Positions 26,002 through 34,520 are shown, numbered from the stretch's first letter. The stretch is DNA of 36,590 bases from Candidatus Shapirobacteria bacterium (GCA_028697345.1 JAQVFF010000002.1:1-36590), one strand, 5' to 3'. Numbers and translations: made by a program. The notes: generated by a model from the sequence alone, not told the origin.

Positions 26002-26325
26002 ATGACAAAAAAGACAAGTAAAGCATCCAGTGACAATAAAATGATTGCTGTTTTGAGTTATATTGGTATTTTGGTGTTAATTCCTCTTTTGGCTGCCAAG
26101 GATGATGAGTTTGCTCAATTTCATGCCAAGCAAGGCTTAGTTCTTTTCTTAGCCGCTTTAGCGGTCGGTTTGGTTGGAATGATTCCTGTTTTAGGTTGGC
26201 TAGTTGCTTTTTTTGGCGGGATTGGCTGTTTGGTTTTATCAGTGATGGGGATTATAAATGTTGTAAATGGCGAGAGAAAACAGCTTCCTTTAGTTGGTCA
26301 ATTTGCTGATAAATTTAATATTTAA
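26002..26325 (+). CDS. DUF4870-like small membrane protein
   Basis: The AVLSYIGILVLIPLL..KDDEF..FHAKQGLVLFL signature and two further TM helices are present. Confidence 0.7.
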   Translation: MTKKTSKASSDNKMIAVLSYIGILVLIPLLAAKDDEFAQFHAKQGLVLFLAALAVGLVGMIPVLGWLVAFFGGIGCLVLSVMGIINVVNGERKQLPLVGQFADKFNI

Positions 26326-26334
26326 AAGCCCTCG

Positions 26335-28491
26335 TTAATTTTTTATTCTTAAAGAATTAAGAATGACCGATAAGGAACTGAAGGTCATAGCACCAGTAGC
26401 AATAATTGGACCGATAGGTGTTGCCAGTAGTCCAAAGGCTGCTACTGGTATCGCTAAGATATTATAAAAAAAGGCCCAGAAAAGGTTTTGTCGGATAACT
26501 TTAAAGGTTTTTTGGCTAAGCTTGATTGCTATAGGAAGAGTTTTGGGGTCTGCTGTTAGTAGAATAATGTCGCCGGTCTCGGCGGTAATGTCGGCCCCGG
26601 TTCCCATAGCAATACCAACATCGGCCTGAGCGAGTGCCGGAGCATCATTGAGGCCATCGCCAACCATAATTACCCCTTTCCCTTCTTTTTGAAGTTTTTT
26701 AATAACCTCAACTTTTTCTTTCGGTAAAACTTGAGCGATGACATTTTTTATCTTTACTTGATCGGCAATTACTCGAGCGGCACTGCTGTTGTCGCCGGTT
26801 AGCATAATTACTTCAAAACCCATTTTTTCTAAGGTTCCAATGGCCCTGGAAGCTGTTTTTTTGGGAGTATCTGCCAAAGCAATTAGGCCGAGCAAATTAT
26901 TTCCTAAAGCGGTAAAATTAACGGTTTTTCCTTCTTTTTCTAGTTTAGTAACAGTATTTTCTATCTTAATAAAACCGTTGATGCCGTTTTCTTTTAAAAA
27001 AGCTTTGGTGCCAATCAGGGCCTTTTCTTTATTAATTGTTCCTTTGATTCCCTTACCAGGAATTGCCTGAAAATCAGTTACCCTAAGTAGTTTTATTTTT
27101 TCCTTTTTAGCTTCCTGAACAATTGTTTTGGCAATCAGATGTTCAGAATTATTTTCTAAACTGGCGGCAATTGTTAAAAATCTTTTCCTGTTTATCTTAA
27201 GGGGTTGAATATCGGTAATAGTCAGTTTGCCCTGAGTAATAGTTCCGGTTTTATCTAAGATAATTGTGGTGGTTTTATTTAATTTTTCAATTGCTTCACC
27301 TCGGCGAAACAAAATTCCTTTTCGAGTGCCTTCCCCAATACCAACCGTTAGGGCGGTTGGGGTGGCCAGGCCCAGGGCGCAGGGGCAGGCGATAATTAAG
27401 ACAGTGATAGCAGAAACAATTCCCTTAAACCATTGCCCCCCCCAAAACCAGACCACTAAAGTAATTAAGGCAATTATTAGTACAATCGGGACAAAATAGG
27501 CTGTTACTTGGTTGGCCAGTTTTTGAATTGGCACTCTGGTTCCCTGAGCCTCTTCAACCAATTTGATTATTTGTGATAAAAAGGTTTTTTGGCCGATTTT
27601 ATCAACTTTTATTTTTAACCGACCACCTTGATTAATGGTTGACTGAAACACTTGACTGCCGGCAATTTTTGTTATTGGTAGTGATTCGCCAGTAGCGATT
27701 GATTCGTTGATTGTTGATTGTCCTTCAAGAACTTTGCCATCAGCAGGAATCATCTCTCCTGGTTTAACTAAAACAATATCGCCGATGGTTAAATTGGCCA
27801 GAGGGATTATTTTTTCCTGGTTATTTTTTAAAATTCGAGCGGTTTTTGGTTTTAAAGCAATTAACTCCTTTACTGCTTTGGAAGCTCTGCCTTTAGCTTG
27901 AGCTTCAAGATATCTACCCGCTAATTGAAAGGAAATAATAAAGGCGGCTATTTCGAAGAAAACCGGGATTTCAATAAAAAAAGCTGCCACTCCAAATAGA
28001 AAAGCCACTGACGATCCCAAAGAAATTAAGACATCCATATTGGCATAAAATTTTCTGATTGCTTTCAGAGCCGATTGATGGATTGGCCAGCCCAACCAAT
28101 AGACGACGATGGAAGTTAACAAAGCTTCAATGGCCAACTGAAGAGGGTGAGGTTTAATAAGGGATTGGCCGAAAAAATGTTTTCCAACCATAATAGCCAT
28201 TAAGGGAAAGCTGAATAGCAGTGCCGCGATTGCCCGATTTTTGTTTTTTCGAATTATTTTTTCAGGTTGATTTAGGGTTGATTTTTTTTCTTCAACTTCG
28301 TAGCCAAGATTTTGAATAATTGCAACTAAGTCGTTTTTAGCAACAGGCTCTTTGGTTTGGGCCAAGAGCTTACCGGTGGTAAAGTTAATTTTTACATCAA
28401 AAATGCCGGGGTGTTTTTTAAGCCGGGATTCGATTTTTTGGGCACAGGAAACACAGCTCATTCCCAATATTGATAAAACGATTTTTTTCAT
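26335..28491 (-). CDS. copA: Copper-translocating P1B-type ATPase
   Basis: It has an N-terminal HMA domain with GMSCVSCAQKIE, CPC in TM6 (ACPCALGLATP), DKTGTIT, and GDGLNDAPALAQADVGIAMG. Confidence 0.95.
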   Translation of the reverse strand: MKKIVLSILGMSCVSCAQKIESRLKKHPGIFDVKINFTTGKLLAQTKEPVAKNDLVAIIQNLGYEVEEKKSTLNQPEKIIRKNKNRAIAALLFSFPLMAIMVGKHFFGQSLIKPHPLQLAIEALLTSIVVYWLGWPIHQSALKAIRKFYANMDVLISLGSSVAFLFGVAAFFIEIPVFFEIAAFIISFQLAGRYLEAQAKGRASKAVKELIALKPKTARILKNNQEKIIPLANLTIGDIVLVKPGEMIPADGKVLEGQSTINESIATGESLPITKIAGSQVFQSTINQGGRLKIKVDKIGQKTFLSQIIKLVEEAQGTRVPIQKLANQVTAYFVPIVLIIALITLVVWFWGGQWFKGIVSAITVLIIACPCALGLATPTALTVGIGEGTRKGILFRRGEAIEKLNKTTTIILDKTGTITQGKLTITDIQPLKINRKRFLTIAASLENNSEHLIAKTIVQEAKKEKIKLLRVTDFQAIPGKGIKGTINKEKALIGTKAFLKENGINGFIKIENTVTKLEKEGKTVNFTALGNNLLGLIALADTPKKTASRAIGTLEKMGFEVIMLTGDNSSAARVIADQVKIKNVIAQVLPKEKVEVIKKLQKEGKGVIMVGDGLNDAPALAQADVGIAMGTGADITAETGDIILLTADPKTLPIAIKLSQKTFKVIRQNLFWAFFYNILAIPVAAFGLLATPIGPIIATGAMTFSSLSVILNSLRIKN

Positions 28492-29084
28492 TGTAATTTA
28501 GCCGGGAAGTTAGTAAAGATGGGTAAATTTAAAATTTCTTCCCAAGAGGTCTCTTGGGGAGAAAAATGTATCCTGAATAAATTAGGAAAATCGAAAACAA
28601 CATTTTTAACGCCTTCGTTTTTTTTAAGTTCGTCAATAATTAATGGAGCATGGCCAGAACAGGGAATTTGAACCGCAACTGTAATGGAGACTAAATTGTT
28701 GGCTTCTCCTAAGGTTTGTGTTCGAGGGTTAAGATTTAGATTGGCGACTTTAGGGAAAATAACCAAGAAAAACAATAAATTGGTAATAATGGTGGTAGTG
28801 TAAAGAATTAAAAGATAACGCCATTTTTTCTGAACACCTTGCCAGGAAAGAAAACGGCTTCTTTTAAGATAAATTATCGCCGAGACAGTGGCAAAAGCGA
28901 ACGAAAAAGCAATTAGTAAATAAAAAAGATAACGGGACAACAGTAGCGGTTTTATAAAGGCGGTAGCGGCAGTGGCTCCCAGGGCGGTAACAATAATAAA
29001 AGCCAAACAAAAAGTATGAGGAAGCAATCCAGACAAGATTGCCGAGACGAAGCTTGATTTATGTTTTTGAATTTTATTGATCAC
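28488..29084 (-). CDS. 3-TM membrane protein with a C-terminal HMA-like domain carrying C-S-G-H instead of CxxC
   Basis: Its TGA overlaps the copA ATG (ATGA). TM1 contains LLPHTFC. The C-terminus ITVAVQIPCSGHAPLIIDELKKNEGVKNVVF aligns to the HMA beta-alpha-beta pattern. I chose the GTG start at 29084; the track ORF extends to 29171 and would overlap csoR by 98 nt. Confidence 0.6.
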   Translation of the reverse strand: MINKIQKHKSSFVSAILSGLLPHTFCLAFIIVTALGATAATAFIKPLLLSRYLFYLLIAFSFAFATVSAIIYLKRSRFLSWQGVQKKWRYLLILYTTTIITNLLFFLVIFPKVANLNLNPRTQTLGEANNLVSITVAVQIPCSGHAPLIIDELKKNEGVKNVVFDFPNLFRIHFSPQETSWEEILNLPIFTNFPAKLQ

Positions 29085-29352
29085 TTTCCGAGTCTTCAAA
29101 TAATAGCAAGATTTCTTCAATTTTTTTCCGTGCCTCAAGTTTATTTTTACTTTTGATTGCTTGAATAACACAGGTGTTTAAATGGTTTTCTAAGATAATT
29201 TTATTAACCTTTTTCAGGGCGGCAATTACTGCCCGGTTTTGTTGAATAATATCAATACAGTATTTATCGGCAATGAGCATTTTTTTAATTCCCTGAATAT
29301 GGCCTAAAATATAATTCATTCGCTTAAGAAGATTTTTTTTAGAGTTGTTCAT
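29074..29352 (-). CDS. csoR: CsoR/RcnR-family metal-sensing transcriptional repressor
   Basis: The DUF156 signature is LLKRMNYILGHIQGIKKM......YCIDIIQQ..AV..AL.KV...ILENHL..CV. I chose the ATG at 29352 because the track's 5' extension runs through the promoter and operator. Confidence 0.85.
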   Translation of the reverse strand: MNNSKKNLLKRMNYILGHIQGIKKMLIADKYCIDIIQQNRAVIAALKKVNKIILENHLNTCVIQAIKSKNKLEARKKIEEILLLFEDSESDQ

Positions 29353-29373
29353 ATTGATAGTTATTAATTTCTT

Positions 29374-29392
29374 ATACCCCCTAGGGGGGGGT
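29374..29392. promoter_or_regulatory. CsoR-type operator: GC-rich palindrome TACCCCCTAGGGGG(GGG)T
   Basis: The perfect core CCCCC-TA-GGGGG is at 29377-29388, flanked by TA and T. It lies between the -10 and the csoR ATG and matches the known CsoR box style (ATACCCC-N-GGGGTAT). Confidence 0.7.
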
Positions 29393-29401
29393 TTAAGAAG
29401 G

Positions 29402-29430
29402 ATAATACTCTTTTTTAAATTATTTGTCAA
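29402..29430 (-). promoter_or_regulatory. Sigma70-type promoter TTGACA-17-TATTAT of the csoR / membrane protein / copA operon
   Basis: On the minus strand, TTGACA is at 29430-29425, followed by a 17-nt spacer and TATTAT at 29407-29402. Confidence 0.7.
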
Positions 29431-29510
29431 GGATGGTTTTTTAAAGGAGGAGAAACAGTATTTTTATTTTCAAATCAAAGGACAAGAAGGGGTGGGTTTT
29501 TTTTGAAGAT

Positions 29511-31457
29511 TTATCCCGCGCCGCCACCGCCGCCACCGCCACCACCGCCGCCGCCACCGGAAAATCCACCCGATGAGCCGGTGCCGGAAGCGCCATAGCC
29601 AGAAGAAACACTGGAGCCGAAATTGCCAAGGGCCAAGCCTAAAGAAGCAATGTTTCGGCTGAAATCATTTAGGCCAGTGGCAGTTATTGTTCCCCAGTAG
29701 GCGTTGGCCAAATCCCGGTCTTTCTGAGGGAAGCTTATCGATAATTGAGTTAATGTTTTGGCTGATATTCCCAAAACAGTTCCGTAAATTAAATATTTTT
29801 CCCAGACTACTAAAGAATCAATTGGGTCGTGCTTGGTTTTATTATAATCTTTGAGATGTTTTTTGAAAGCCAGCCACCCGGCAGCTTCCTGTCGACCCAG
29901 AACAGTTAGTTTTTCTCCTCGTTCCGTTGTTATTGCTGTAGCGGCAACGGATCCAAATAAGATTATAAACCCCAGAAGGTTGCCAATAATTAATGCTTGA
30001 GATTGTCCGGAAGGCCAGATAAGAGCAAAAAGAAGTATTCCATGAAAAATTGTCAACAAAACTAACAGAATAAAAGAATGATCTTTTTGATTAATTTGAT
30101 GGGCCTGGTGGTCGAATAATCCGCCCTTTAAGTTTTCTTTAAAGGTAATATCTTTTAGTTCTTCAAAAAATCGGAGGCTGTTTGCTTGATTTTTTTTAGG
30201 CCAAGAAGTAATTTTTTCTAAACTTAGAGCATTATTGATTGTTTGACTATTATCTTTAATTGTTTCAAAACCAATTTTATTTAAAAAATCAAATACTTGT
30301 TGTTGGATTGGATTGTTTGGTTGTCTTTTTTGATTAATTTTAATCAAGAAATAACGATAGTTTTTTTTTAAAAATCCCTGTTTCTGGCTGGTTCTTTTCA
30401 GCTTTAGAAAACGATCTTGTATTAAGGAAAGAATGGTAGCAGTGAATGATTTAGAGGTTAAAAACTTTTTTTTAACCAATAAAGACTCGATTTGGGCCGG
30501 TTGAATATTGCTGGGCGCCTCCCAAAGCCGGTTAGCCAAATTTACTTTAGGCAAGGGTTGATCTTTTTGATATTTAAAGAAAATAATAATTCGTTTAATG
30601 ACAAAGTAAACTCCAGTCAGGGGCAGTAATAAACTAATTAGAGCCAGAGAATAATTACCCGTTTTGGTTAATTGTTGTTTTCTAATTGTTTCTTGGATAA
30701 ATTTTTCTTCTTCGAGAATAATTTGCTCCTTAGTTTCGCTACCCGCAACCCCTTGATTAAAAATTGCTTTTGGGACCAGAATTCGGGCCTCGATGAAGGT
30801 GCCGGGATTAAGTTGCCTGACCTGGTAAGCGACTAGGTTATTTTTGGGAATTGACACTACTCCATCAAGAGGACCATGGCCCCAGGCTTTTAAATCTTGA
30901 TTGTCCAAACTTTGGGGGAAAATAATTTCAACGCTAATGTTTTTTTGGTTAATTTCCCAATTATCACCGATCAATTGCCAGTAAAGTTCGGCGGTATCTT
31001 GATGAAGAGTGATGGCGTTGTCAACTCGATAAGAAAGCAGAAATTCTTTTTGATTATTAGTGGCCTGATAAAACCATTTGATAAAATAATGGCTGTCTTT
31101 TTCTTCAGAATAAAAGGTTCCTGGTGGTCGAGATTTTTCAGCTTCGTTTTTTTCCTCTGCTTTTAGCTGCCGATAGCAGTCAATTTGATCACAGATTTGG
31201 AAATCGGTTAGCAAATAAGGTTCCTGTCTTGCTGAGCCGATTTTATTGATTTCTTGAAAAGCAAAGGTAAAGTCGCCCGAGAAAGAAAACAATCGCTTTT
31301 CTTCAACGGTCATAGAGCCATCTTGATTGACAGTAGCTTGAATGTTAACCCGATCGATAGAGTAAGATTTAGCTTTTAACTCGGGAGGAAAAATAAAAAC
31401 AGCAGTGGCCAAAAAACAGATGATGATTTTTTTCATGATCTTAACAATCGTTTTCAT
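29511..31457 (-). CDS. DUF2207-domain membrane protein with a poly-Gly C-terminus
   Basis: It has a signal/TM segment, an N-terminal YSIDRVNIQATVNQDGSMTVEE domain, several TM helices and a tail SGGFSGGGGGGGGGGGGGAG, as is typical for DUF2207. Confidence 0.8.
   Translation of the reverse strand: MKTIVKIMKKIIICFLATAVFIFPPELKAKSYSIDRVNIQATVNQDGSMTVEEKRLFSFSGDFTFAFQEINKIGSARQEPYLLTDFQICDQIDCYRQLKAEEKNEAEKSRPPGTFYSEEKDSHYFIKWFYQATNNQKEFLLSYRVDNAITLHQDTAELYWQLIGDNWEINQKNISVEIIFPQSLDNQDLKAWGHGPLDGVVSIPKNNLVAYQVRQLNPGTFIEARILVPKAIFNQGVAGSETKEQIILEEEKFIQETIRKQQLTKTGNYSLALISLLLPLTGVYFVIKRIIIFFKYQKDQPLPKVNLANRLWEAPSNIQPAQIESLLVKKKFLTSKSFTATILSLIQDRFLKLKRTSQKQGFLKKNYRYFLIKINQKRQPNNPIQQQVFDFLNKIGFETIKDNSQTINNALSLEKITSWPKKNQANSLRFFEELKDITFKENLKGGLFDHQAHQINQKDHSFILLVLLTIFHGILLFALIWPSGQSQALIIGNLLGFIILFGSVAATAITTERGEKLTVLGRQEAAGWLAFKKHLKDYNKTKHDPIDSLVVWEKYLIYGTVLGISAKTLTQLSISFPQKDRDLANAYWGTITATGLNDFSRNIASLGLALGNFGSSVSSGYGASGTGSSGGFSGGGGGGGGGGGGGAG
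29517..29559. repeat. GCC/ACC triplet tract encoding the poly-Gly tail
   Basis: The tract gcgccgccaccgccgccaccgccaccaccgccgccgccacc lies inside the 3' end of the DUF2207 gene. Confidence 0.8.
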
Positions 31458-31545
31458 TTTAAATTATATCAACTAATTTTTTTGACAGGGGGCCAATCCA
31501 GATGTTTATCATTAAACAGATTCCTGTTTACTTTTACAATTAACC

Positions 31546-31554
31546 TGTTATAAT
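31546..31554 (+). promoter_or_regulatory. Extended -10 promoter element TGtTATAAT upstream of the RRM gene
   Basis: TG is at 31546-31547 and TATAAT at 31549-31554. This implies a ~100-nt 5' UTR before the SD GAGGAGGTGA. Confidence 0.4.
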
Positions 31555-31656
31555 GTGGTCAGGTCAGGTTACTTAGTTATTTAGTTTTTGTGCCGAAACC
31601 TCTTTTTAATATTCTCCAAGATTATATGTTCCAACACGATGAGGAGGTGATTAATA

Positions 31657-31914
31657 ATGGTTAAAAAGTTATATGTTGGCAATCTCAGCTATGAAGTTGA
31701 TCGCGATAAGATGAAAGATTTCTTTTCTGGAGCTGGTCAGGTCGTTGATAGTGTAGTGATTACTGATCGTGCTACTGGTCGATCTAAAGGTTTTGGCTTT
31801 GTCGAAATGGCTACCGAAGAAGAAGCCAGCAAAGCGCTGGAAATGTTTAACGGTAAAGACTTCGAAGGAAGAACAATTAAGGTTGATTTTGCCAAACCTC
31901 AACAGTCCAGATAA
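31657..31914 (+). CDS. RRM-type RNA-binding protein
   Basis: RNP-2 is LYVGNL and RNP-1 is KGFGFVEM. It is 85 aa with a perfect SD. Confidence 0.9.
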   Translation: MVKKLYVGNLSYEVDRDKMKDFFSGAGQVVDSVVITDRATGRSKGFGFVEMATEEEASKALEMFNGKDFEGRTIKVDFAKPQQSR

Positions 31915-31963
31915 CTCTGGAATAAGCAAAAAAAGAAAGATAAAAAATTTTTATCTTTAAAAT

Positions 31964-31995
31964 AGCGCTCAAAGTTTTTTTGGGCGCTTTTTGGT
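31964..31995 (+). terminator. Rho-independent terminator after the RRM gene
   Basis: The stem is AGCGCTCAAA/TTTGGGCGCT (31964-31988) followed by TTTTTGGTTTTTT. An AT-only 11-bp hairpin precedes it at 31936-31958. Confidence 0.75.
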
Positions 31996-32081
31996 TTTTT
32001 AGAAGTTTATTAATTTATCTTAAGAAGATTGGGGTTGCCGGTCTTGCTCAAGAGAGTATATTTAAAATCAAGAAAGATTTT

Positions 32082-32795
32082 ATGTTGGTCAATATTATTT
32101 TAGCCTCCATTTTAGTAAGCCTAATTGCTTTTATCGGTATTGTTTTTCTTCTTTTTCAAAAAGTTCTTTTAGACAAGATCTTATCTTTATTGGCGGCTTT
32201 GGCCGCCGGTGTTTTAATGGGTCAGGTTTTTTATCATTTGCTTCCTGAGGCGGTGTCAGAATTTCCGGCTGACAAGGTTTTTTCTTTAACGGTTCTGTCT
32301 TTTGTAATATTTTTCTTTTTGGAGAAAGTTTTTTATTGGCGGCACTGTCATGATACTGGCTGTCTTGAACATCCTTTTGGCTATTTGAATTTAATTGGCG
32401 ACGGTTTTCATAATTTTTTGGACGGAATGATTATTGCCGCCGCCTTTTGGGAAAACGTTTCTTTGGGCTGGACGACAACCTTGGCAGTTATTCTTCATGA
32501 AATTCCTCAGGAAATCGGCGATTTTGGTGTTTTATTACTGGCAGGGTTTAGTCCTAGAAAAGCCTTGATAGCCAACTTCTTAACGGCAATTTTGGCTCTA
32601 CTTGGAGCAGTTACTGGCTATTTTTTAATTAATAAAATTACTGGCTTAGAGGGAATACTTTTACCTTTTGCCGCTGGCGGTTTTCTTTACATTGCGGCGG
32701 TTGATTTATTACCAGAAATTAGAACCAAAGCCCCTCATTCTTGGCAGATTTTGTTGACCTTTTTATTGGGTTTAATTGTTATGGCGGTAATTTGA
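32082..32795 (+). CDS. ZIP-family divalent metal (Zn/Fe) transporter
   Basis: The motifs HNFLDGMIIAAAF and HEIPQEIGDFGVLL are present. I chose the ATG at 32082 because the track's upstream extension covers the RRM terminator. Confidence 0.85.
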   Translation: MLVNIILASILVSLIAFIGIVFLLFQKVLLDKILSLLAALAAGVLMGQVFYHLLPEAVSEFPADKVFSLTVLSFVIFFFLEKVFYWRHCHDTGCLEHPFGYLNLIGDGFHNFLDGMIIAAAFWENVSLGWTTTLAVILHEIPQEIGDFGVLLLAGFSPRKALIANFLTAILALLGAVTGYFLINKITGLEGILLPFAAGGFLYIAAVDLLPEIRTKAPHSWQILLTFLLGLIVMAVI

Positions 32796-32921
32796 AGACA
32801 AAATTATTGCTATCCATTGGTAAGAATTTCCTAAGAAATTTAAGACTTGAAATAATATTTTTTTTCAGTTTAAATAGGAGGCGGGGAGGTGAACATTTGA
32901 GTAAATTTTTTTTAAAAACTT

Positions 32922-33128
32922 ATGATGGTTAATCAACTTTTTTATTATACCGGGTCAGCACTTTTTATTTTATTATTTTTGGTGACAGCCCTAATAGCTT
33001 ATAAATTAATAGTAATCTTAACTATTTTGCAAAAAACTGTTAAAAACACTTGGCGTTTGATTGATGAGACCGGAACGGGAATTAAGATCAGGTTATTGGA
33101 AATGCTTTTAAAAATTTTAGGGAGGTGA
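32922..33128 (+). CDS. Small single-TM protein
   Basis: It is 68 aa with one hydrophobic helix (ALFILLFLVTALIAYKLIVILTIL). The TGA stop lies 6 nt before the next start. Confidence 0.45.
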   Translation: MMVNQLFYYTGSALFILLFLVTALIAYKLIVILTILQKTVKNTWRLIDETGTGIKIRLLEMLLKILGR

Positions 33129-33134
33129 ATAAAG

Positions 33135-33380
33135 GTGAGTAATGACAGGAATGGAGGCTGGATAACGGCCGCTTTATTTGGTGCCCTGGCTGGGGCAGCG
33201 GCGGTAATTTTATTAAATGAAGATACTCGAAAAAAGGTTCATCAGAAAATTGATCAAACAGTTAAAACTGGCGGGAAAGAAATAGACCGTTTAAAGTCGG
33301 AAATAGAAGACTTAAAAGTTAAACTTCAAGATCGGGCCGCCAAAGAATTGGCTAAAGCTAGTAAAAAATTAACCCGATAA
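33135..33380 (+). CDS. YtxH-like small stress protein
   Basis: The GTG start lies 6 nt after GGGAGGTGA. An N-terminal Gly/Ala helix (GWITAALFGALAGAAAVILL) is followed by a charged coiled coil. Confidence 0.55.
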   Translation: MSNDRNGGWITAALFGALAGAAAVILLNEDTRKKVHQKIDQTVKTGGKEIDRLKSEIEDLKVKLQDRAAKELAKASKKLTR

Positions 33381-33395
33381 ATATTGTGGTAAAGT

Positions 33396-33428
33396 GAAAA
33401 AACCTCCGCTCTCTTTTTGAGCGGAGGT
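33396..33428 (-). terminator. Rho-independent terminator of hsp20 (10-bp stem ACCTCCGCTC/GAGCGGAGGT)
   Basis: The hairpin is at 33402-33428, and the A-run at 33397-33401 gives a U-tract on the minus RNA. It also sits just after the YtxH-like gene, so it may act in both directions. Confidence 0.8.
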
Positions 33429-33458
33429 AATCAAAATGACAGTTTTCCCCAAAAAAGA

Positions 33459-33878
33459 TTATTTTTGAGGTTTAACCTTAACTTTTTGTGGTTTGGCTTC
33501 CGGAGCTTTAGGAATGATGACAGTAACAATACCATTTTCTACATCAGCCTGAGCTTTTTCACCAATTACCGGACAGGGAATAGAAGTAGTATAAAGATAT
33601 TTAGCTGCTCGTCCTTCTCGATAGACTACTCTTTTGGTCTGTTTTTCCTCCTTAGTTTCTTCATGCTCCGCTCGAATAGTAACCACTCCTCGATCGATGG
33701 AAATATCGACTTCGCTAGCCGGCACTCCAGCGACATTAGCCTTAACGACGAAGTCGTTTTCGGTTTCGTAAGAGGTAAGACTATTATTTTCTAAGAAGCC
33801 AACTTCTTCTTCGTCGAAAAAGGGGCGAAGGAAATTTCTGGTCCAAGGATCAACTTTGACTATAGCCATTGTTTTCAC
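33459..33878 (-). CDS. Hsp20/alpha-crystallin small heat-shock protein
   Basis: The alpha-crystallin domain motifs are FVVKANVAGV...VDISIDRGVVTIRAEHEE......ENGIVTVIIPK. The SD is AGGGGGTGA. Confidence 0.9.
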   Translation of the reverse strand: MKTMAIVKVDPWTRNFLRPFFDEEEVGFLENNSLTSYETENDFVVKANVAGVPASEVDISIDRGVVTIRAEHEETKEEKQTKRVVYREGRAAKYLYTTSIPCPVIGEKAQADVENGIVTVIIPKAPEAKPQKVKVKPQK

Positions 33879-33908
33879 CCCCTTTTACTATTTGTTGCTA
33901 TTATTAGC

Positions 33909-33938
33909 AGAATAGCATATTGATTGCCAAAATGTCAA
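33909..33938 (-). promoter_or_regulatory. Candidate hsp20 promoter TTGACA-18-TATTCT with an overlapping 7-bp inverted repeat
   Basis: On the minus strand, TTGACA is at 33938-33933 and TATTCT at 33914-33909. The inverted repeat TGCTATT...AATAGCA spans the -10 and the start region. It is not a CIRCE or HAIR consensus. Confidence 0.4.
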
Positions 33939-33983
33939 GCCAAATACATGATATAATAATAGTTGTCAAAAAAGGCGATATTT

Positions 33984-34520
33984 ATGGTTGAATTAGAATT
34001 GGGCAAGCTAAAAATTGGTGATAAGATCATTGACTTTGGTCGAGTTTATAGGGTTTTTAAGATTTCTTGTCACAAAACTCCTGCCGGGGAAAAGCGGGTA
34101 ATTCATTTTCGACCCTATTTTAAAAGAAGCGGCAACCGCAGCTTAGTATGTACTATTCCCGAAGAAAGCTTGCTAAAAACTAATATTCGCCGGCCTGTCG
34201 GCAGTGGGGAAGCCCGAGTTTTATTGAGAAAAATTTCAACACCTGCCCAAACAACCAAAGGGGCAGATCTTGATTGGGCTCGACAAGTGATTGCCGAAAA
34301 CGACCTAGCCTCTATGGTCGATTTTTTGAAATATCTTTACTATGGCCGCAAAAGAGAAGAAAAAGACTTTACTACCAGCCAGAAGAGGATTATTAATTCT
34401 TTGATTAATCGGATTGCTGGAGAGGTGGGTTTGGCCTTGAGAAAAAAACCGGAGCAAGTCAGGGAAAGCATTAATTGTAATCTAAAGAAGGGTTTGAAAA
34501 TTAAACCCAAGGTTTCTTGA
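33984..34520 (+). CDS. CarD/CdnL/TRCF-RID-like RNA-polymerase-binding regulator (tentative)
   Basis: The N-terminal L.IGDKII.FGRVYRV.KI...........I.F.PYF and the helical C-terminal half fit the CarD_CdnL_TRCF layout. The start could instead be the TTG at 33963. Confidence 0.5.
   Translation: MVELELGKLKIGDKIIDFGRVYRVFKISCHKTPAGEKRVIHFRPYFKRSGNRSLVCTIPEESLLKTNIRRPVGSGEARVLLRKISTPAQTTKGADLDWARQVIAENDLASMVDFLKYLYYGRKREEKDFTTSQKRIINSLINRIAGEVGLALRKKPEQVRESINCNLKKGLKIKPKVS

Noticed and set aside
29353-29430. 5' extension of the csoR ORF given in the track
   Set aside because: It would translate the promoter and the CsoR operator palindrome. The conserved CsoR sequence begins after M27 (ATG at 29352).
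29517-29559. GCC/ACC triplet tract considered as a CRISPR-like or contingency repeat
   Set aside because: It is simply the coding sequence of the poly-Gly tail typical of DUF2207 proteins. There are no spacers or unit structure.
29441-29629. 62-aa Ala/Val-rich minus-strand ORF
   Set aside because: It is an alternative frame of the GCC/ACC triplet tract at the 3' end of the DUF2207 gene, so it is a compositional artefact.
31555-31580. SRP-RNA-like CAGGTCAGGT in GTGGTCAGGTCAGGTTAC
   Set aside because: It lacks the GGAAGCAGC domain IV partner and any closing helix. It lies in the 5' UTR of the RRM gene.
31980-32081. 5' extension of the ZIP ORF given in the track
   Set aside because: The extension runs through the RRM terminator hairpin and T-tract. 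The conserved ZIP sequence begins at the ATG at 32082.
33126-33137. The TGA of the 68-aa membrane ORF is in frame with the downstream YtxH-like GTG start, which could suggest a read-through fusion
   Set aside because: An in-frame arrangement is expected one time in three by chance. A good SD (GGGAGGTGA) precedes the GTG, and nothing else supports recoding.
33417-33794. 125-aa plus-strand ORF
   Set aside because: It is antisense to hsp20, starts inside the terminator hairpin, and gives an implausible Ser/Phe-rich product.
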